Positions 35,958-46,437 of a stretch of DNA of 64,000 bases are shown one piece after another. The stretch is from Bacillota bacterium (lineage in GTDB: Bacteria > Bacillota > Sulfobacillia > Sulfobacillales > JAIMBI01): assembly GCA_021846505.1 (NCBI GenBank), contig JAJZWV010000004.1:4074-68073 (forward strand), in the 5' to 3' direction. A program made the translations under genes and the position numbers. The notes beneath the pieces are model-generated. The model saw nothing but the letters and a program-made list of their open reading frames with translations, had not been told where the DNA came from and did no database searches. How positions within the stretch are numbered: the first letter of the stretch is position 1; each line of letters starts with the position of its first letter.

Positions 35958-36326
35958 ATGGCCCGCATTGCAGGAATCGACCTCCCGCGCGACAAGCGCA
36001 TTGAGGCGGCGTTGCCTTATATCTATGGCATCGGGTGGTCGAACGGCCGAAAGATTCTCGAAGCGGCGGGGGTGGACCCCAACACGCGGGTGCGCGACTT
36101 GACGGAAGACGAAGAGCGCCGGATTCGCGAGGGAACTGAGGCTTATCGGGTGGAAGGGGACCTGCGCCGCGAGGTGCAGCTGTCCGTCAAGCGCCTGATG
36201 GACATTGGCAGCTATCGGGGCATTCGGCACCGCCGGGGCCTCCCCGTGCGCGGCCAGCGCACCAAAACCAATGCCCGCACGAGGAAAGGTCCGAAGCGGA
36301 CCGTGGGCGTGCGCCGCAAGCGCTAG
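35958..36326 (+). CDS. rpsM: 30S ribosomal protein S13
   Basis: [26 protein letters not shown]...[27 protein letters not shown]. Confidence 0.98.
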   Translation: MARIAGIDLPRDKRIEAALPYIYGIGWSNGRKILEAAGVDPNTRVRDLTEDEERRIREGTEAYRVEGDLRREVQLSVKRLMDIGSYRGIRHRRGLPVRGQRTKTNARTRKGPKRTVGVRRKR

Positions 36327-36374
36327 CCGGGCCGCCCTGCGGCTCTTATCGCATGACAAGTAAGGAGGAGTCCG

Positions 36375-36767
36375 ATGCCGATTCGCCGGTCCAACAAAGC
36401 GAAGCGGCGCGACCGCCGCCACATCGAGCGGGGCGTAGCGCACATCCGATCGACGTTTAACAACACCATTGTCACAATTGCCGACCCTCAGGGCAACGCA
36501 CTGTCCTGGGCGTCCTCGGGGCAGGCAGGATTTAAGGGATCGCGGAAAAGCACGCCGTTTGCCGCACAGCTGGCGGCCGAAGCGGCAGCCAAGAGCGCCA
36601 TGGAGTATGGGCTTCGCGAGGTGGAAGTGTTCGTCAAAGGCCCCGGCGCGGGGCGCGAGGCGGCGATTCGCTCGCTGCAGGCGGCCGGGCTTGAGGTCAG
36701 CATGATTAAAGACGTGACCCCGATTCCCCACAACGGGTGCCGGCCGCCGAAGCGGCGCCGCGTCTAA
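36375..36767 (+). CDS. rpsK: 30S ribosomal protein S11
   Basis: [46 protein letters not shown]...[18 protein letters not shown]. Confidence 0.98.
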   Translation: MPIRRSNKAKRRDRRHIERGVAHIRSTFNNTIVTIADPQGNALSWASSGQAGFKGSRKSTPFAAQLAAEAAAKSAMEYGLREVEVFVKGPGAGREAAIRSLQAAGLEVSMIKDVTPIPHNGCRPPKRRRV

Positions 36768-36795
36768 AATACGAAGGCACGAGAAGGAGGATCGC

Positions 36796-37428
36796 ATGGC
36801 CCGCTATACAGGACCCGTTTGCAAGCTTTGCCGGCGAGAAGGCACCAAGCTGTTTCTCAAAGGCGACAAGTGTTTTACCGAGAAGTGCCCCGTGGTGCGG
36901 CGCCCGTTTCCGCCCGGTCAGCATGGCCAGGGCCGCCGCACGAAAATGTCTGAATATGGAGTGCAGCTGCGCGAGAAGCAGAAGGTGCGCCGCACCTATG
37001 GCGTAATGGAAGGGCCGTTCCACCGCTACTTCCGGGTGGCCAGCCGCAAGCGCGGCGTCACCGGTGCGACCTTGCTGCAGCTCCTAGAGCGGCGGCTGGA
37101 CAACGTCGTGTATCGCATGGGCCTGGCGGCCTCGCGGCCGGAAGCGCGGCAGCTGGTGCGCCACGGGCACTTTGAAGTGAATGGCCACAAGGTGGACATC
37201 CCGTCGTACCAGACGCGCCCGGACGACCTGATTGCGGTGAGGGCGTCCAGCAAAACCAAGTCGCGCTTCCCGATCATCAAGGAGACGGCGCCGCGGGGCG
37301 TGCCGCCCTGGCTTGAGGTGGATCCCCCGGAGCTGAAGGGCAAGGTGCTGCGCCTGCCCACGCGGGAAGAGGTGGAAGTGCCGGTGCAGGAGCGCCTGAT
37401 TGTGGAGTGGTACTCGCGGCGCGGCTAG
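36796..37428 (+). CDS. rpsD: 30S ribosomal protein S4
   Basis: [31 protein letters not shown]...[18 protein letters not shown]. Confidence 0.98.
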   Translation: MARYTGPVCKLCRREGTKLFLKGDKCFTEKCPVVRRPFPPGQHGQGRRTKMSEYGVQLREKQKVRRTYGVMEGPFHRYFRVASRKRGVTGATLLQLLERRLDNVVYRMGLAASRPEARQLVRHGHFEVNGHKVDIPSYQTRPDDLIAVRASSKTKSRFPIIKETAPRGVPPWLEVDPPELKGKVLRLPTREEVEVPVQERLIVEWYSRRG

Positions 37429-37478
37429 GCGCTGCGGGTTGGAGTCAAGAAGGGGGGCAACGCCCTTTGGGGCTGGCC

Positions 37479-38432
37479 ATGACCGAGATTGAAAAGCAGC
37501 GGCCGGAAATTCGCCGAGTCGACAGCGGCGAACACTTTGACTATGGGCAGTTTCATGTGGAGCCCTTAGACCGGGGCTACGGCATCACCCTGGGAAATGC
37601 CTTGCGGCGGGTGCTGCTGTCGTCGCTGCCGGGCAGTGCGGTCACGTCGGTCCGCATTGAAGGGGTGCTGCACGAGTTTTCCACCGTGTCGGGCGTGGTG
37701 GAAGACGTGACGGAAATCGTGCTGAACATCAAGCAGCTGGCGCTGCGGATGTATGGCGACGAGCCGCGCTTGGTGCGGGTGGATGTGACCGGTCCCGCCA
37801 CCGTAACGGCCGCCGACATCCTCAGCGACGCGGATGTGGAAGTGGTGAACGGCCGGCATGTCTTGGCTCATGTCGACGACGGTGGCCATCTCTCCCTGGA
37901 GATGACCGTGGAGCGCGGCCGGGGCTATGTGCCGGCGGACAAAAACAAGAAGCCGGACCAGGCGCTGGGGGTTGTGCCGGTGGACGCGCTGTTCAGCCCG
38001 GTGCGGCGGGTGAACTGGCACGTAGAAAACACCCGCGTGGGCCACATCACCGACTACGACCGGCTGTCGCTGGAAGTGTGGACGGATGGCACCATGAGTC
38101 CCGAGGAAGCGGTATCGGTGGGGGCCAAAATTTTGGCCGACCACCTGCGCATGTTCGTCAACCTCTCGGACATGGGCGGCGACGTGGAGTTGGGCCTGGG
38201 GCGCGACGATGACCGGCATGACCGGCTCATGGAGATGCCCATCGACGAGCTGGACTTGTCGGTGCGCTCCTTCAACTGCCTGAAGCGGGCGGGCATCAAC
38301 ACAGTGCGCGAGCTGACCAACAAGACGGACGAGGACATGATGAAGGTGCGGAACCTGGGCAAGAAGTCGCTGGAAGAGGTGAAGGAGAAGCTGGGCCACA
38401 TGGGCTTGGCCCTCCGGCCCTCAGAGGAATAG
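37479..38432 (+). CDS. rpoA: DNA-directed RNA polymerase subunit alpha
   Basis: [46 protein letters not shown]; C-terminal domain [23 protein letters not shown]; start ATG 37479 (TTG 37467 possible). Confidence 0.97.
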   Translation: MTEIEKQRPEIRRVDSGEHFDYGQFHVEPLDRGYGITLGNALRRVLLSSLPGSAVTSVRIEGVLHEFSTVSGVVEDVTEIVLNIKQLALRMYGDEPRLVRVDVTGPATVTAADILSDADVEVVNGRHVLAHVDDGGHLSLEMTVERGRGYVPADKNKKPDQALGVVPVDALFSPVRRVNWHVENTRVGHITDYDRLSLEVWTDGTMSPEEAVSVGAKILADHLRMFVNLSDMGGDVELGLGRDDDRHDRLMEMPIDELDLSVRSFNCLKRAGINTVRELTNKTDEDMMKVRNLGKKSLEEVKEKLGHMGLALRPSEE

Positions 38433-38466
38433 TGGCTTATCTGGAACCGGAGAAGGAGAATCAGGT

Positions 38467-38808
38467 GTGGCAAGCTTTCGAAAACTGGGCAAGCCGGCAG
38501 ACCAGCGGCGGGCGCTGCTGCGGGGCCTAGTCACCTCGCTGCTGCGGCATGGCCGGATTCAAACCACCGTGCCACGGGCGAAAGAGGCACGGGTGGCCGC
38601 CGAGCACATGATTACGCTGGCCAAGCGGGGGGACTTGCACGCGCGCCGGCAAGCGCTGGCGTACGTTTTGGATCCCGCCGTGGTGCGCGACTTATTTGAG
38701 ACGATTGGGCCGCGGTACCAGGAGCGGCAGGGGGGCTACACCCGCATCGTGCGCGTGGGCACCCGCCAGGGCGATGCCGCCCCGATGGCCATTTTGGAAT
38801 TGGTCTAA
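38467..38808 (+). CDS. rplQ: 50S ribosomal protein L17
   Basis: [39 protein letters not shown]...[25 protein letters not shown]. Confidence 0.97.
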   Translation: MASFRKLGKPADQRRALLRGLVTSLLRHGRIQTTVPRAKEARVAAEHMITLAKRGDLHARRQALAYVLDPAVVRDLFETIGPRYQERQGGYTRIVRVGTRQGDAAPMAILELV

Positions 38809-38809
38809 G

Positions 38810-39589
38810 GTGTCGGCGCTCGAGCTGGCGGGGGTTGCGGTGTGGTATCCACCGCGGCCGCCCGCCTTGCTTGACGTGGACGTGGTGATTCCGGCGGGGC
38901 AGTCGGTCGCCGTGCTCGGTGCCAACGGATCGGGGAAGTCCCTGCTGCTAAAGGTGATGGCGGGCGCGCTGGCGCCCAGCCGGGGCACGGCGCGGATAGG
39001 CGGGGTGCCGGCGGCGGACGCGCCGGGGGGCACGGTCGCGTGGCTGTCCGCCGATGTAGAGGGGGGGCTGGTGGGCGCCACGGTCAGGGATCACGTGAAC
39101 TTTTTTGGCCCAGCGGCCGCTCGGGTGGACGCCGCGTGGGCTCGATTTGACTTAGCGGCGCTGGCCGATCGGGCGGTGGACAGCTTGTCCTCCGGCGAAA
39201 AGCAGCGCGTGGCGCTGGCGGGCTGGTACGCCGGTGGCGCTGCGGTCTGGATTTTGGACGAGCCGACGGGGCTGCTGGATCCGTCGGCGGCGCGGGCTGT
39301 GCGCGCCGCGCTGCGGGACTTGGGTGGCGACGGCGCGACGCGGGTCGTGGCGACGCATGACTGGGCGGAGGTGGCGCTGGCCGACCGCGTGCTGGTGCTG
39401 GCTGACGGCCGGCTGGTGTACGACGGGACCCCGGAGGCGCTCGGCGCATCGGCGCCGCGCGCCGGCATCCCGCAGTCGGCGGTGGCCGCCACCGGCCGGG
39501 CTCTGCACCGGCATGCGCGCGGGGCGTCGGCACCCGTGTCGGCCGACCCCGGACGCTTGGTGGCATGGGTTCAGCACGGCTGGAGCTAG
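38810..39589 (+). CDS. ecfA1: ECF transporter ATPase subunit (EcfA1-like)
   Basis: Walker A GANGSGKS, signature LSSGEKQRVALA, Walker B VWILDEPT; Firmicutes position after rplQ; GTG 38810 two nt after the rplQ stop. Confidence 0.85.
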   Translation: MSALELAGVAVWYPPRPPALLDVDVVIPAGQSVAVLGANGSGKSLLLKVMAGALAPSRGTARIGGVPAADAPGGTVAWLSADVEGGLVGATVRDHVNFFGPAAARVDAAWARFDLAALADRAVDSLSSGEKQRVALAGWYAGGAAVWILDEPTGLLDPSAARAVRAALRDLGGDGATRVVATHDWAEVALADRVLVLADGRLVYDGTPEALGASAPRAGIPQSAVAATGRALHRHARGASAPVSADPGRLVAWVQHGWS

Positions 39590-40284
39590 CGGGCGCCGTG
39601 TTCCGGGTTCCCGGCGGCTGCCTCACGGTGGGCACGCGCGCGGTCGAGGGGCCAGGCCTCTTAGGCGTGGTGGGGCGGACCGGCTCCGGGAAAAGCAACC
39701 TCCTGCGCTGTTTGGCGGGCTTGCACCCGCTGGCGGCGGGCGTGTTTCACGCGCGGCTGGCGCCCGACCGCCGGCGCTTGGTATTGCAGCGCCCGGAGTG
39801 GCAGCTGTATGGCGCGACGGTGAGTGACGTCGTGGGCGCGGGGGGCGAGGAGGCACTTCGGCGCCTGGGGGTGGCCCACTTGGAGCGCGCGCGCCCGTAT
39901 CAGCTGTCGACCGGCGAGCGGCGGCGCGTCATGCTGGCGGCCCTCCTGCGGGCAGACGCGCCGCTGGTGCTGCTGGACGAGCCCACCGCTGGGGTGGACG
40001 CCGAGGGCCAAGCCACCGCGGCCAGGGTGATTGCCGAGCTGGCTGACACGCGCTTGGTGGTGGTGGCCACCCACGACTGGCCCTGGCTGGTGAGCCAGGT
40101 GCCGCGGGCGTGGTGGATGGAAGATCTGGAGGTGGCGGGTGACGGCCCGCCGGCGGAGCTGGCGGCGCGCCTCACGGCCGGGCCCGAGCTGTTTGACCTG
40201 GTCCAGGAGCTGAAGCGCCGCCGACTGCCGGGCGAGAGCTGGTGGAGCGCCGAGCGCTTGGCGGCCGAGATTGTTCCCCGGTGA
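39565..40284 (+). CDS. ecfA2: ECF transporter ATPase subunit (EcfA2-like)
   Basis: Walker A GRTGSGKS, signature LSTGERRRVMLA, Walker B LVLLDEPTAGVD. Confidence 0.85.
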   Translation: MGSARLELAGAVFRVPGGCLTVGTRAVEGPGLLGVVGRTGSGKSNLLRCLAGLHPLAAGVFHARLAPDRRRLVLQRPEWQLYGATVSDVVGAGGEEALRRLGVAHLERARPYQLSTGERRRVMLAALLRADAPLVLLDEPTAGVDAEGQATAARVIAELADTRLVVVATHDWPWLVSQVPRAWWMEDLEVAGDGPPAELAARLTAGPELFDLVQELKRRRLPGESWWSAERLAAEIVPR

Positions 40285-41003
40285 GCGGCACAGCCGCAGG
40301 GCCCCCCCACGCGGCGAGCCGGCTGACGGTGCTGGCGATGTGGACGGCCGCCGCCTTTGCGGCACCGCTGGCGGGCGTCCTGGCCATGCTGGTGGGGGTG
40401 CTGGCACTGGCCGCTCGACTCCCGCCCGAGCGGGCGCGCCGCTGGGCGCGTGCTGTGGCTCGGTTTGGGCCCTGGGCGCTGTTGTGGGGCCTGGCGGCCT
40501 GGTGGGCCCTGGGGTTCACGGCGCGCGGCCTCATGGTGGGCGCCGGGACCGCCGCGGGCACGTGGCTCGCCGTGGCTGGGGCGGAGCATCTGCTGCCGGG
40601 CCTATTGCCCGGCGAGGTTTATGACGTGGTGTACCAGGCGCTGGCAGGACTAGGCCCGCGGCTGGCAGAGGACATGGCGCTCGGGTCCGCCATGATGGTG
40701 CGGTTTGTGCCGCTGGTGCGAGCGGAGTGGCAGGGCCTGCAGTGGGGCTGGGAGGCGATGCACCCCGATCCCAGTTTCCGGGGGCGCGTGCGGCGGGCGG
40801 CCGGCACGGTGGTGCCGCTGCTGGCGCGGGCCCTGGCACGCACCGAGGAGCTGGCGCTGGTGCTGTGGCTGAAGCGCCCGAGCGCGCCGGCACCACCCAC
40901 GCGCTGGCGCCCGGCGGACTGGGCGTGGCTCATGGCGGCGTCGGGGTGGCTGGCGCTGATGGCCGTGGCAGGCAGGGAGGGGTGGCTGTGGCCCTGGCAA
41001 TGA
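40281..41003 (+). CDS. ecfT: ECF transporter transmembrane subunit (EcfT/CbiQ-like)
   Basis: Multiple TM helices; GTGA overlap with the ecfA2 stop; conserved ecfA-ecfA-ecfT-truA order; sequence itself is weakly diagnostic. Confidence 0.65.
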   Translation: MSGTAAGPPHAASRLTVLAMWTAAAFAAPLAGVLAMLVGVLALAARLPPERARRWARAVARFGPWALLWGLAAWWALGFTARGLMVGAGTAAGTWLAVAGAEHLLPGLLPGEVYDVVYQALAGLGPRLAEDMALGSAMMVRFVPLVRAEWQGLQWGWEAMHPDPSFRGRVRRAAGTVVPLLARALARTEELALVLWLKRPSAPAPPTRWRPADWAWLMAASGWLALMAVAGREGWLWPWQ

Positions 41004-41725
41004 CGGTCGCGTACGATGGCAGCGCGTTTCAGGGCTTTCAGTATCAGCCGGGGGCGCCCACCGTGCAGGGCGTGCTGGAGGCGGTGCTGTCCGAGGTGTC
41101 CGGCGTGCGCGCCCGGGTGCAGGGCGCTTCGCGTACCGACGCCGGGGTGCACGCGCGCGGCCAGGTGGCGGTGTGGCGGGTCGGCGCCTCGCCGATTCCG
41201 CTGGAGCGGCTGGCGTTGGTGGCCAACCGGCGGCTTCCGGCCACCATTCGCATCCGGGACGTGCGGGCTGTGCCGTCAGACTTTGACCCGCGCCGGAGCC
41301 GCGCCAAAGCTTACTCGTACCGACTGGTGGCGGAGCCGCTGGCCGACCCGTTTTGGGTGAATCGGGTGGGGGTGGTCCCCGTTCCGCTGGCGCTTGGCCC
41401 GCTGAATGGCTGGGCCGCTGAGTTTCTGGGGCGCCACGACTTCGGCGCATTTCGCCATCAGGGGTCCTCCGCGAAAACGACGGTGCGCCGCATTTTTTCG
41501 GCACACTGGGAGGTGGGCCGCCCTGGGGAGCCGGGCTGGGTGTTTTGGGTCACGGGAGACGGCTTCCTGTATCATATGGTGCGTTTGATGGTGGGCGCCA
41601 TGTGCGCCGCCGCCCAGGCGGGTGGGCCGGAGCCCATCCGGCGGGCGCTGGCCCACCCCGAGCGGGTGGGGTTGTTTTCGGCGGCGCCCGCGTCCGGGCT
41701 CTGCTTGGAGCAAGTTTGGTTCTAG
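40988..41725 (+). CDS. truA: tRNA pseudouridine(38-40) synthase
   Basis: ALAMTVAYDGSAFQGFQYQPG...GASRTDAGVHARGQV (catalytic Asp)...GDGFLYHMVRLMVG; start GTG 40988 after GGGAGGGG (ATG 41000 is an alternative). Confidence 0.93.
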   Translation: MALAMTVAYDGSAFQGFQYQPGAPTVQGVLEAVLSEVSGVRARVQGASRTDAGVHARGQVAVWRVGASPIPLERLALVANRRLPATIRIRDVRAVPSDFDPRRSRAKAYSYRLVAEPLADPFWVNRVGVVPVPLALGPLNGWAAEFLGRHDFGAFRHQGSSAKTTVRRIFSAHWEVGRPGEPGWVFWVTGDGFLYHMVRLMVGAMCAAAQAGGPEPIRRALAHPERVGLFSAAPASGLCLEQVWF

Positions 41726-41735
41726 GAGGCGCCGC

Positions 41736-42671
41736 ATGTTCCGTGAACTGATTCTGAGCGTGGCCGACAATTCCCTGGTGTCGGGCGCGGTCAAGCGCTA
41801 CGGCTTGAAGATGGGGGCGGCTCGCTTCGTGGCGGGCGAGCACTTGGCCGATGCCATCGCGGTCACGCGGCAGCTGCAGCAAGAAGGCATCGGCGTGACG
41901 CTGGACCACTTGGGGGAAGGCGTGAAGGATCGCGCGGCGGCCGGTGCCGCCTGCCAAAGTTATTTGGACCTGCTGGACGCCTTGGATGCGGCGGGGCTGC
42001 CCGGCAACGTGTCCGTCAAGCTCACCATGATGGGGCTCGGCGTCGATCCGGCACTGGGATTTGAAAATGCGCGGCGCATCGTGGAGCGTGCCGCAGCCGT
42101 GAGCGGGCCCGATGGCGAACCCCGCTGCTTTGTGCGCGTCGACATGGAAGACACCCCCTACACGGCCGACACGATTGCCGTGTATCGGCGCCTGGCCGAC
42201 GAGGTGTCCCCGGACCGGGTGGGACTGGTGCTGCAAGCCTATCTCTATCGCACCAAAGATGATTTGGAAGCGTTGTCGGATCGGCCGCGGCGGATCCGGA
42301 TTGTCAAGGGGGCGTACCGAGAGCCGGCCCACTTGGCTTATCCCAGCAAGGCGGACGTGGATGCTAACTATCTGCGGCTGGTGGCGCAGGCTGCCAGCGC
42401 GGGCCACATCGTGGCGGTGGCCACCCATGACGAAGGGATTATTCGCGACGTGCTGCAGTACTTTCAGCGGATCCACCTGCCGCGCGAGCGCTACGAGTTT
42501 CAGATGCTGTACGGCATTAAGCTGTCGGTGCTGCGGGAGCTGGCGCGCGCGGGTCACCGGACGCGCGTGTACGTGCCGTACGGCGAGGACTGGTACGCAT
42601 ATTTCAGCCGCCGGCTCGCGGAGCGCCCCGCCAACGTGCTGTTTTTCGCCCGCGCGCTGATCAGCCGATGA
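41736..42671 (+). CDS. Proline dehydrogenase
   Basis: GAARFVAGEHLADAIAVTRQLQQEGIGVTLDHLGE...VRVDMEDTPYT...RIVKGAYREP...ATHDE...FQMLYGI; AGGAGG SD before ATG 41736. Confidence 0.9.
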   Translation: MFRELILSVADNSLVSGAVKRYGLKMGAARFVAGEHLADAIAVTRQLQQEGIGVTLDHLGEGVKDRAAAGAACQSYLDLLDALDAAGLPGNVSVKLTMMGLGVDPALGFENARRIVERAAAVSGPDGEPRCFVRVDMEDTPYTADTIAVYRRLADEVSPDRVGLVLQAYLYRTKDDLEALSDRPRRIRIVKGAYREPAHLAYPSKADVDANYLRLVAQAASAGHIVAVATHDEGIIRDVLQYFQRIHLPRERYEFQMLYGIKLSVLRELARAGHRTRVYVPYGEDWYAYFSRRLAERPANVLFFARALISR

Positions 42672-43189
42672 CGGATCAGCCGGGGCGCCTGCTGGATCAC
42701 CGCGCATTTCGGCGGTTTGTGAATACGGTCGGGGTGATCGTGGCGGAGGCAGAGGGACGCTGGGCGGCCATGAGTGCCGAGTGGTGCACGCCGGTGTCGA
42801 TTGAGCCGCGGATGCTGGGCGTGTATGTGGGGGACACCCGCTACACCTGGTCGGTGGTGGAGCGCGCGGACAGCTTTGGGCTGTCGCTCCTGTCCGAGCA
42901 CCAGGCGGCGCTGTCCAAGCAGCTGGGCAATGTATCGGGCCGCGACGTCGACAAGCGCCCGTGGTGGTGGGGCGACAGCGAGCCCGGCGAGGCGCTGCCG
43001 GTGCGGCTGCTCCAGGGGGCGCACACCTGGTACGAGTGTCGGATTGTTGACCGCGTGGCCGTGGGCGACCATTGGCTGGTGGTGGGCGCGCCCGTGGCCA
43101 CCCGCGTGTTTGAGGCGCGGCGGCCGCTGCTGTACCGAGGGGGCCGCTACCACCAGCTGGGCGCAGTGCTGGAAAAGCCGCAGACCTGA
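42668..43189 (+). CDS. Flavin reductase family protein
   Basis: FRRFVNTVGVIVAEAEGRWAAMSAEWCTPVSIEPRMLGV...GDHWLVVGAPV...YRGGRYHQLG; ATGA overlap with the upstream gene. Confidence 0.85.
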   Translation: MTDQPGRLLDHRAFRRFVNTVGVIVAEAEGRWAAMSAEWCTPVSIEPRMLGVYVGDTRYTWSVVERADSFGLSLLSEHQAALSKQLGNVSGRDVDKRPWWWGDSEPGEALPVRLLQGAHTWYECRIVDRVAVGDHWLVVGAPVATRVFEARRPLLYRGGRYHQLGAVLEKPQT

Positions 43190-43218
43190 CGCGTGCGCCA
43201 TGCTCCATGGCGCACGCG
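43190..43218. terminator. Perfect 13-bp stem hairpin between convergent genes (no U tract)
   Basis: CGCGTGCGCCATG (43190-43202), loop CTC, CATGGCGCACGCG (43206-43218); starts right after the flavin reductase stop. Confidence 0.5.
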
Positions 43219-43332
43219 CGGCACTCGGTATCGGCACCGCGACAGCAATGCTGGTTGGCCACCGGGATGTGCTCGTATCCCTGACATGACGGGGGCGTAC
43301 TTCCTTCGCCGGCCATGGCGATTGGGTCCGCG

Positions 43333-45372
43333 CTACTCCGCGCGAAGCGCTTCCACCGGCGACAGCCGGGCCCCCTGGCTTGCCGGGATGAGGCCGGCCA
43401 GCACCGCCATGGTGCCCCCAAAGGCGAGGCCCAGCAGCAGGAGGATCGGCGGCATGTAAAAGAGGCCTGCCACGTGGAACAGCAGCGCCCCGAGGTTGCC
43501 AAAGCCCACCGCCACCAAGTCGCCCGCCGCCCCGCCGATGACCCCGATGGCCAGCGCCTCCACCAGGAACAGCAGGAAAATGTCGCGGCGGCGGGCTCCC
43601 ACCGCCCGCCAGACACCAATTTCCCGCCGCCGCTCCAGCACCGCCATGCCCATCACCACGCCGATCATGAGGCCGGACTGCACCAGCGCAATGCCGCCCA
43701 GGACGCCCAGCCCGGTCTCCAGCACCCCAAAGGCGCTTTGAATGGACTGGATGATGGAGGCTGTGGTGGTGACGCCAAACCCCTCATGCCGAATCTTCGC
43801 CGCCAGCCCTTTCACCAGCGGCACACGGGCCGCCAGCACAATGGCCCCTCCGTACGTCAGCGGGGCGTTCCTGGCGCGATTGGCACGGAGCCACCCGGTG
43901 ATGCGGCCGGCCGTCACCTGCAGCTCGGAGGTGAAGGCGCTTTGGCTGACGCCCACCAGCGTCAGCGTCACCGGCTTCTCCGCGGCTGCGCGGATGCCGG
44001 TGACGCTGGAGCCCGCGGCGCCCCCAAGCTCCGAGCTGAGCCGCACAGTGAAGGTTTTGCCCAGGGCTCGGCGCTCCTGGCCGGGCTTGAGGCCAAACAG
44101 CGCATCCACAGATGCGCGGTCCAGGACCGCCTGGGCGTGCCCCGGGGTAGGCAGGTGGCCCACGGCCAGCTTGGGCATCTGGGCGCGGTGCCAGAGGGCT
44201 TTGGGCGGGAGCCCCTGCACCAGGAGGGATAAACTTCGACCCCCGCGGGTCAGCTGGCCAAGAAACTGGGCCGTGCCGTAGGCGCCCACCACGCCAGGAA
44301 GATGCAGAAACCGGCGGAGGGTGGCCTCCGTGATAGGGTGGATTTTCGTGGAGGTGGACCCCACGTGCGTGAGCGAAAAGGCGCCGGAGGAGGGACTGGG
44401 GCTGACAATGAGGCTGTTCAAGGACGCCTGCTGCAGCGTGGCATTCACGACGCGGTGCTCGAGGCCCTGTCCGATGGAAATCAGCAGCACCATGGCGGCG
44501 ACCCCGATGGCCACCCCGAGTGCGGTGAGCGCGGAGCGCCACGCGCGCCGCCGTACGGAGGCAGCTGCCTCCCGCACCAGGGCGGCGGGGCGCGGGCCGC
44601 GCCGCCGGGGGAGAAACGGCGATGCGGCCCCCGCCGGGACGGTCACCGGGGCAGGACGCGAGTCGTCCTGGATGCGGCCGTCGCGCAGGTGGATGACCCG
44701 GTCGGCCAGCGCGATAAACTCGGGGTTGTGCGACACCAGCACCACCGTGCGCCCGTCCTCGTGAGCCAGACGCTGCAGCTGGTCCAGGATAGCGCGCCCA
44801 CTGTCGGTGTCCAGATTGCCGGTGGGCTCGTCGGCCAAAATCAGCGGCGGGTCGTTGGCCAGTGCACGGCTGATCGCCACGCGCTGCGCCTGGCCGCCAG
44901 ACAGCTGGCTGGGCCGGTGGCGGGCGCGGTCGCCGAGCCCCACCCGATCTAGCAGGTCAACGGCCCGCTGGCGCCGCAGCGCGCGCCGCTGTCCCCGCAG
45001 CAGCAGGGGCAGGGCCGCGTTCTCGGCCGCATCATGGTGCGGCAGCAGGTGAAAGGACTGGAAGACAAACCCGACCGTGTCCCGGCGCCAGGCTGACAGC
45101 TGGTCAGGGGCCAGCGCGGTAATTTCTGTGCCATTGGCCCAAATCCGCCCGCTGGACGGCCGGTCCATACCCCCTAAAAGCTGCAGCAACGTGGACTTGC
45201 CGCCGCCCGAGGGGCCCAGAATGAGCGTGAGCGCGCCCGGCAGCAGCGCCAGCGACACGTCCTCCAGGGCGGGCACCGCCTCCTGGCCTCGGTGGTAACG
45301 CTTGCTGACCTGGTCCAGCACCAGGGTGAGGCCGTGGGGGGCAGTCACCATCGCCCCCGCATCAGCGTCCAT
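43333..45372 (-). CDS. MacB-type ABC transporter, fused ATPase and FtsX-family permease
   Basis: N-terminal [42 protein letters not shown]; C-terminal 4-TM FtsX-like permease with a large extracytoplasmic loop. Confidence 0.9.
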   Translation of the reverse strand: MDADAGAMVTAPHGLTLVLDQVSKRYHRGQEAVPALEDVSLALLPGALTLILGPSGGGKSTLLQLLGGMDRPSSGRIWANGTEITALAPDQLSAWRRDTVGFVFQSFHLLPHHDAAENAALPLLLRGQRRALRRQRAVDLLDRVGLGDRARHRPSQLSGGQAQRVAISRALANDPPLILADEPTGNLDTDSGRAILDQLQRLAHEDGRTVVLVSHNPEFIALADRVIHLRDGRIQDDSRPAPVTVPAGAASPFLPRRRGPRPAALVREAAASVRRRAWRSALTALGVAIGVAAMVLLISIGQGLEHRVVNATLQQASLNSLIVSPSPSSGAFSLTHVGSTSTKIHPITEATLRRFLHLPGVVGAYGTAQFLGQLTRGGRSLSLLVQGLPPKALWHRAQMPKLAVGHLPTPGHAQAVLDRASVDALFGLKPGQERRALGKTFTVRLSSELGGAAGSSVTGIRAAAEKPVTLTLVGVSQSAFTSELQVTAGRITGWLRANRARNAPLTYGGAIVLAARVPLVKGLAAKIRHEGFGVTTTASIIQSIQSAFGVLETGLGVLGGIALVQSGLMIGVVMGMAVLERRREIGVWRAVGARRRDIFLLFLVEALAIGVIGGAAGDLVAVGFGNLGALLFHVAGLFYMPPILLLLGLAFGGTMAVLAGLIPASQGARLSPVEALRAE

Positions 45373-45426
45373 GCGATATTCGCCGTCCTTTCGCGCTCGG
45401 GGTAGTTTAGCGGGGGGAGAGGCCGC

Positions 45427-45882
45427 TCACACGGCGCGGGTCGACCCGGGTGGCTGGCCGGTCGCGCCACCCACGGTGCCAGCCAGGATGCCAAACAGCC
45501 CCAGCACGAGTGTCACTCCAATAATCGCCCCGACGTGGGCGCCGACACCGTTTGCCACCGCCGCCTGCTGCGCGGCCGTTTCCCGGAGGCCCGCTGGGGT
45601 GGTGACCGTGTGAAAGCGAGACACGGGCAGCGTGACGCCTAAATATCCCAAGCCGGACAGGAAGCCGCCGACCGCACCCACCAGCCCCCCGAGCCATCCG
45701 GGCCGGCGCCCCTCGCGCCGGGCCTGGCGGCCGGCGAAGAAGGCGGTCGCTAAAAGAGCCAGGTCCAAGACGTCGCCGATGTAGCTGGTGGCGGGCGTGG
45801 TCCCGCCCAGAAAAATGGCTAGCCCGGTCACCACCCCAAGGGCGGCGGCCGCGGCCACAAAGTGGCGAATCGGACGCTCCAT
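45427..45882 (-). CDS. Hypothetical membrane protein (4 TM), upstream of the ABC transporter
   Basis: Four hydrophobic segments, e.g. FVAAAAALGVVTGLAIFLGG and GAIIGVTLVLGLFGILAGTVGG. Confidence 0.6.
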   Translation of the reverse strand: MERPIRHFVAAAAALGVVTGLAIFLGGTTPATSYIGDVLDLALLATAFFAGRQARREGRRPGWLGGLVGAVGGFLSGLGYLGVTLPVSRFHTVTTPAGLRETAAQQAAVANGVGAHVGAIIGVTLVLGLFGILAGTVGGATGQPPGSTRAV

Positions 45883-46180
45883 TGCAATTCCTCCTGATGG
45901 ACCTCTCTGCGACGAACGATAGCACCGCGCTCGCTGTGCCAGTCATCGTATGACAGATCGCGGGCCGTTCGTCAACCAGCCGGCGGCCTGGAGGCACGGC
46001 AGCGGCAGCGTCGGAGCTGGACCAGGCCATTTTTGGGCACGCGTCATCCGCCAGAATGGGCGCCTTGGGGTGAAATTGCCCTCGAGGAAGGGTTGACGGC
46101 GGCCGCATGGTCCGCAGCGCGGCCGCGGCGCGCACGGCGACCCCACCGTCCCGGGGACGGGGCGGTCGCGGGGCGGTCCT

Positions 46181-46375
46181 TTAGCCCAGCAGGAGGTGGG
46201 CGGCCTGGTCGGGATGCCGTCCCAAGTGGTTCACCGCCCGCTGCATGTTTGTCAGCCCCCACGTCCGCAGGAGGCCGATGGCGGCGTGGCGCAGCGTGGG
46301 CCGCGACTCACCGTTGTGCACCGGAGGGGGGAACTCCGCAGCCTCGAGGGCCGCACCAGCGCCGTGAACGGAGGG
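46181..46375 (-). mobile_element. ISAs1-family transposase fragment (3' end with internal deletion)
   Basis: Encodes ...AALEAAEFPPPVHNGESRPTLRHAAIGLLRTWGLTNMQRAVNHLGRHPDQAAHLLLG*; nucleotide-level similarity to 47889-48040 and 48335-48385 of the larger copy. Confidence 0.75.
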
Positions 46376-46437
46376 TTGGCTTATACTTCTACGGAGCATA
46401 GAGTTCGAGCAACTGGACTGCTCCTCGTCCTTCGTTG

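Noticed and set aside
41550-43619. 689-aa minus-strand ORF spanning the proline dehydrogenase/flavin reductase region
   Set aside because: It overlaps two well-supported plus-strand genes and a hairpin. The Pro/Arg/Ala-rich sequence is low-complexity, so it is a GC-bias artefact.
43333-45372. Fused ABC ATPase-permease as a novel architecture
   Set aside because: An N-terminal ATPase fused to a 4-TM FtsX-type permease with a large external loop is the standard MacB-family layout.
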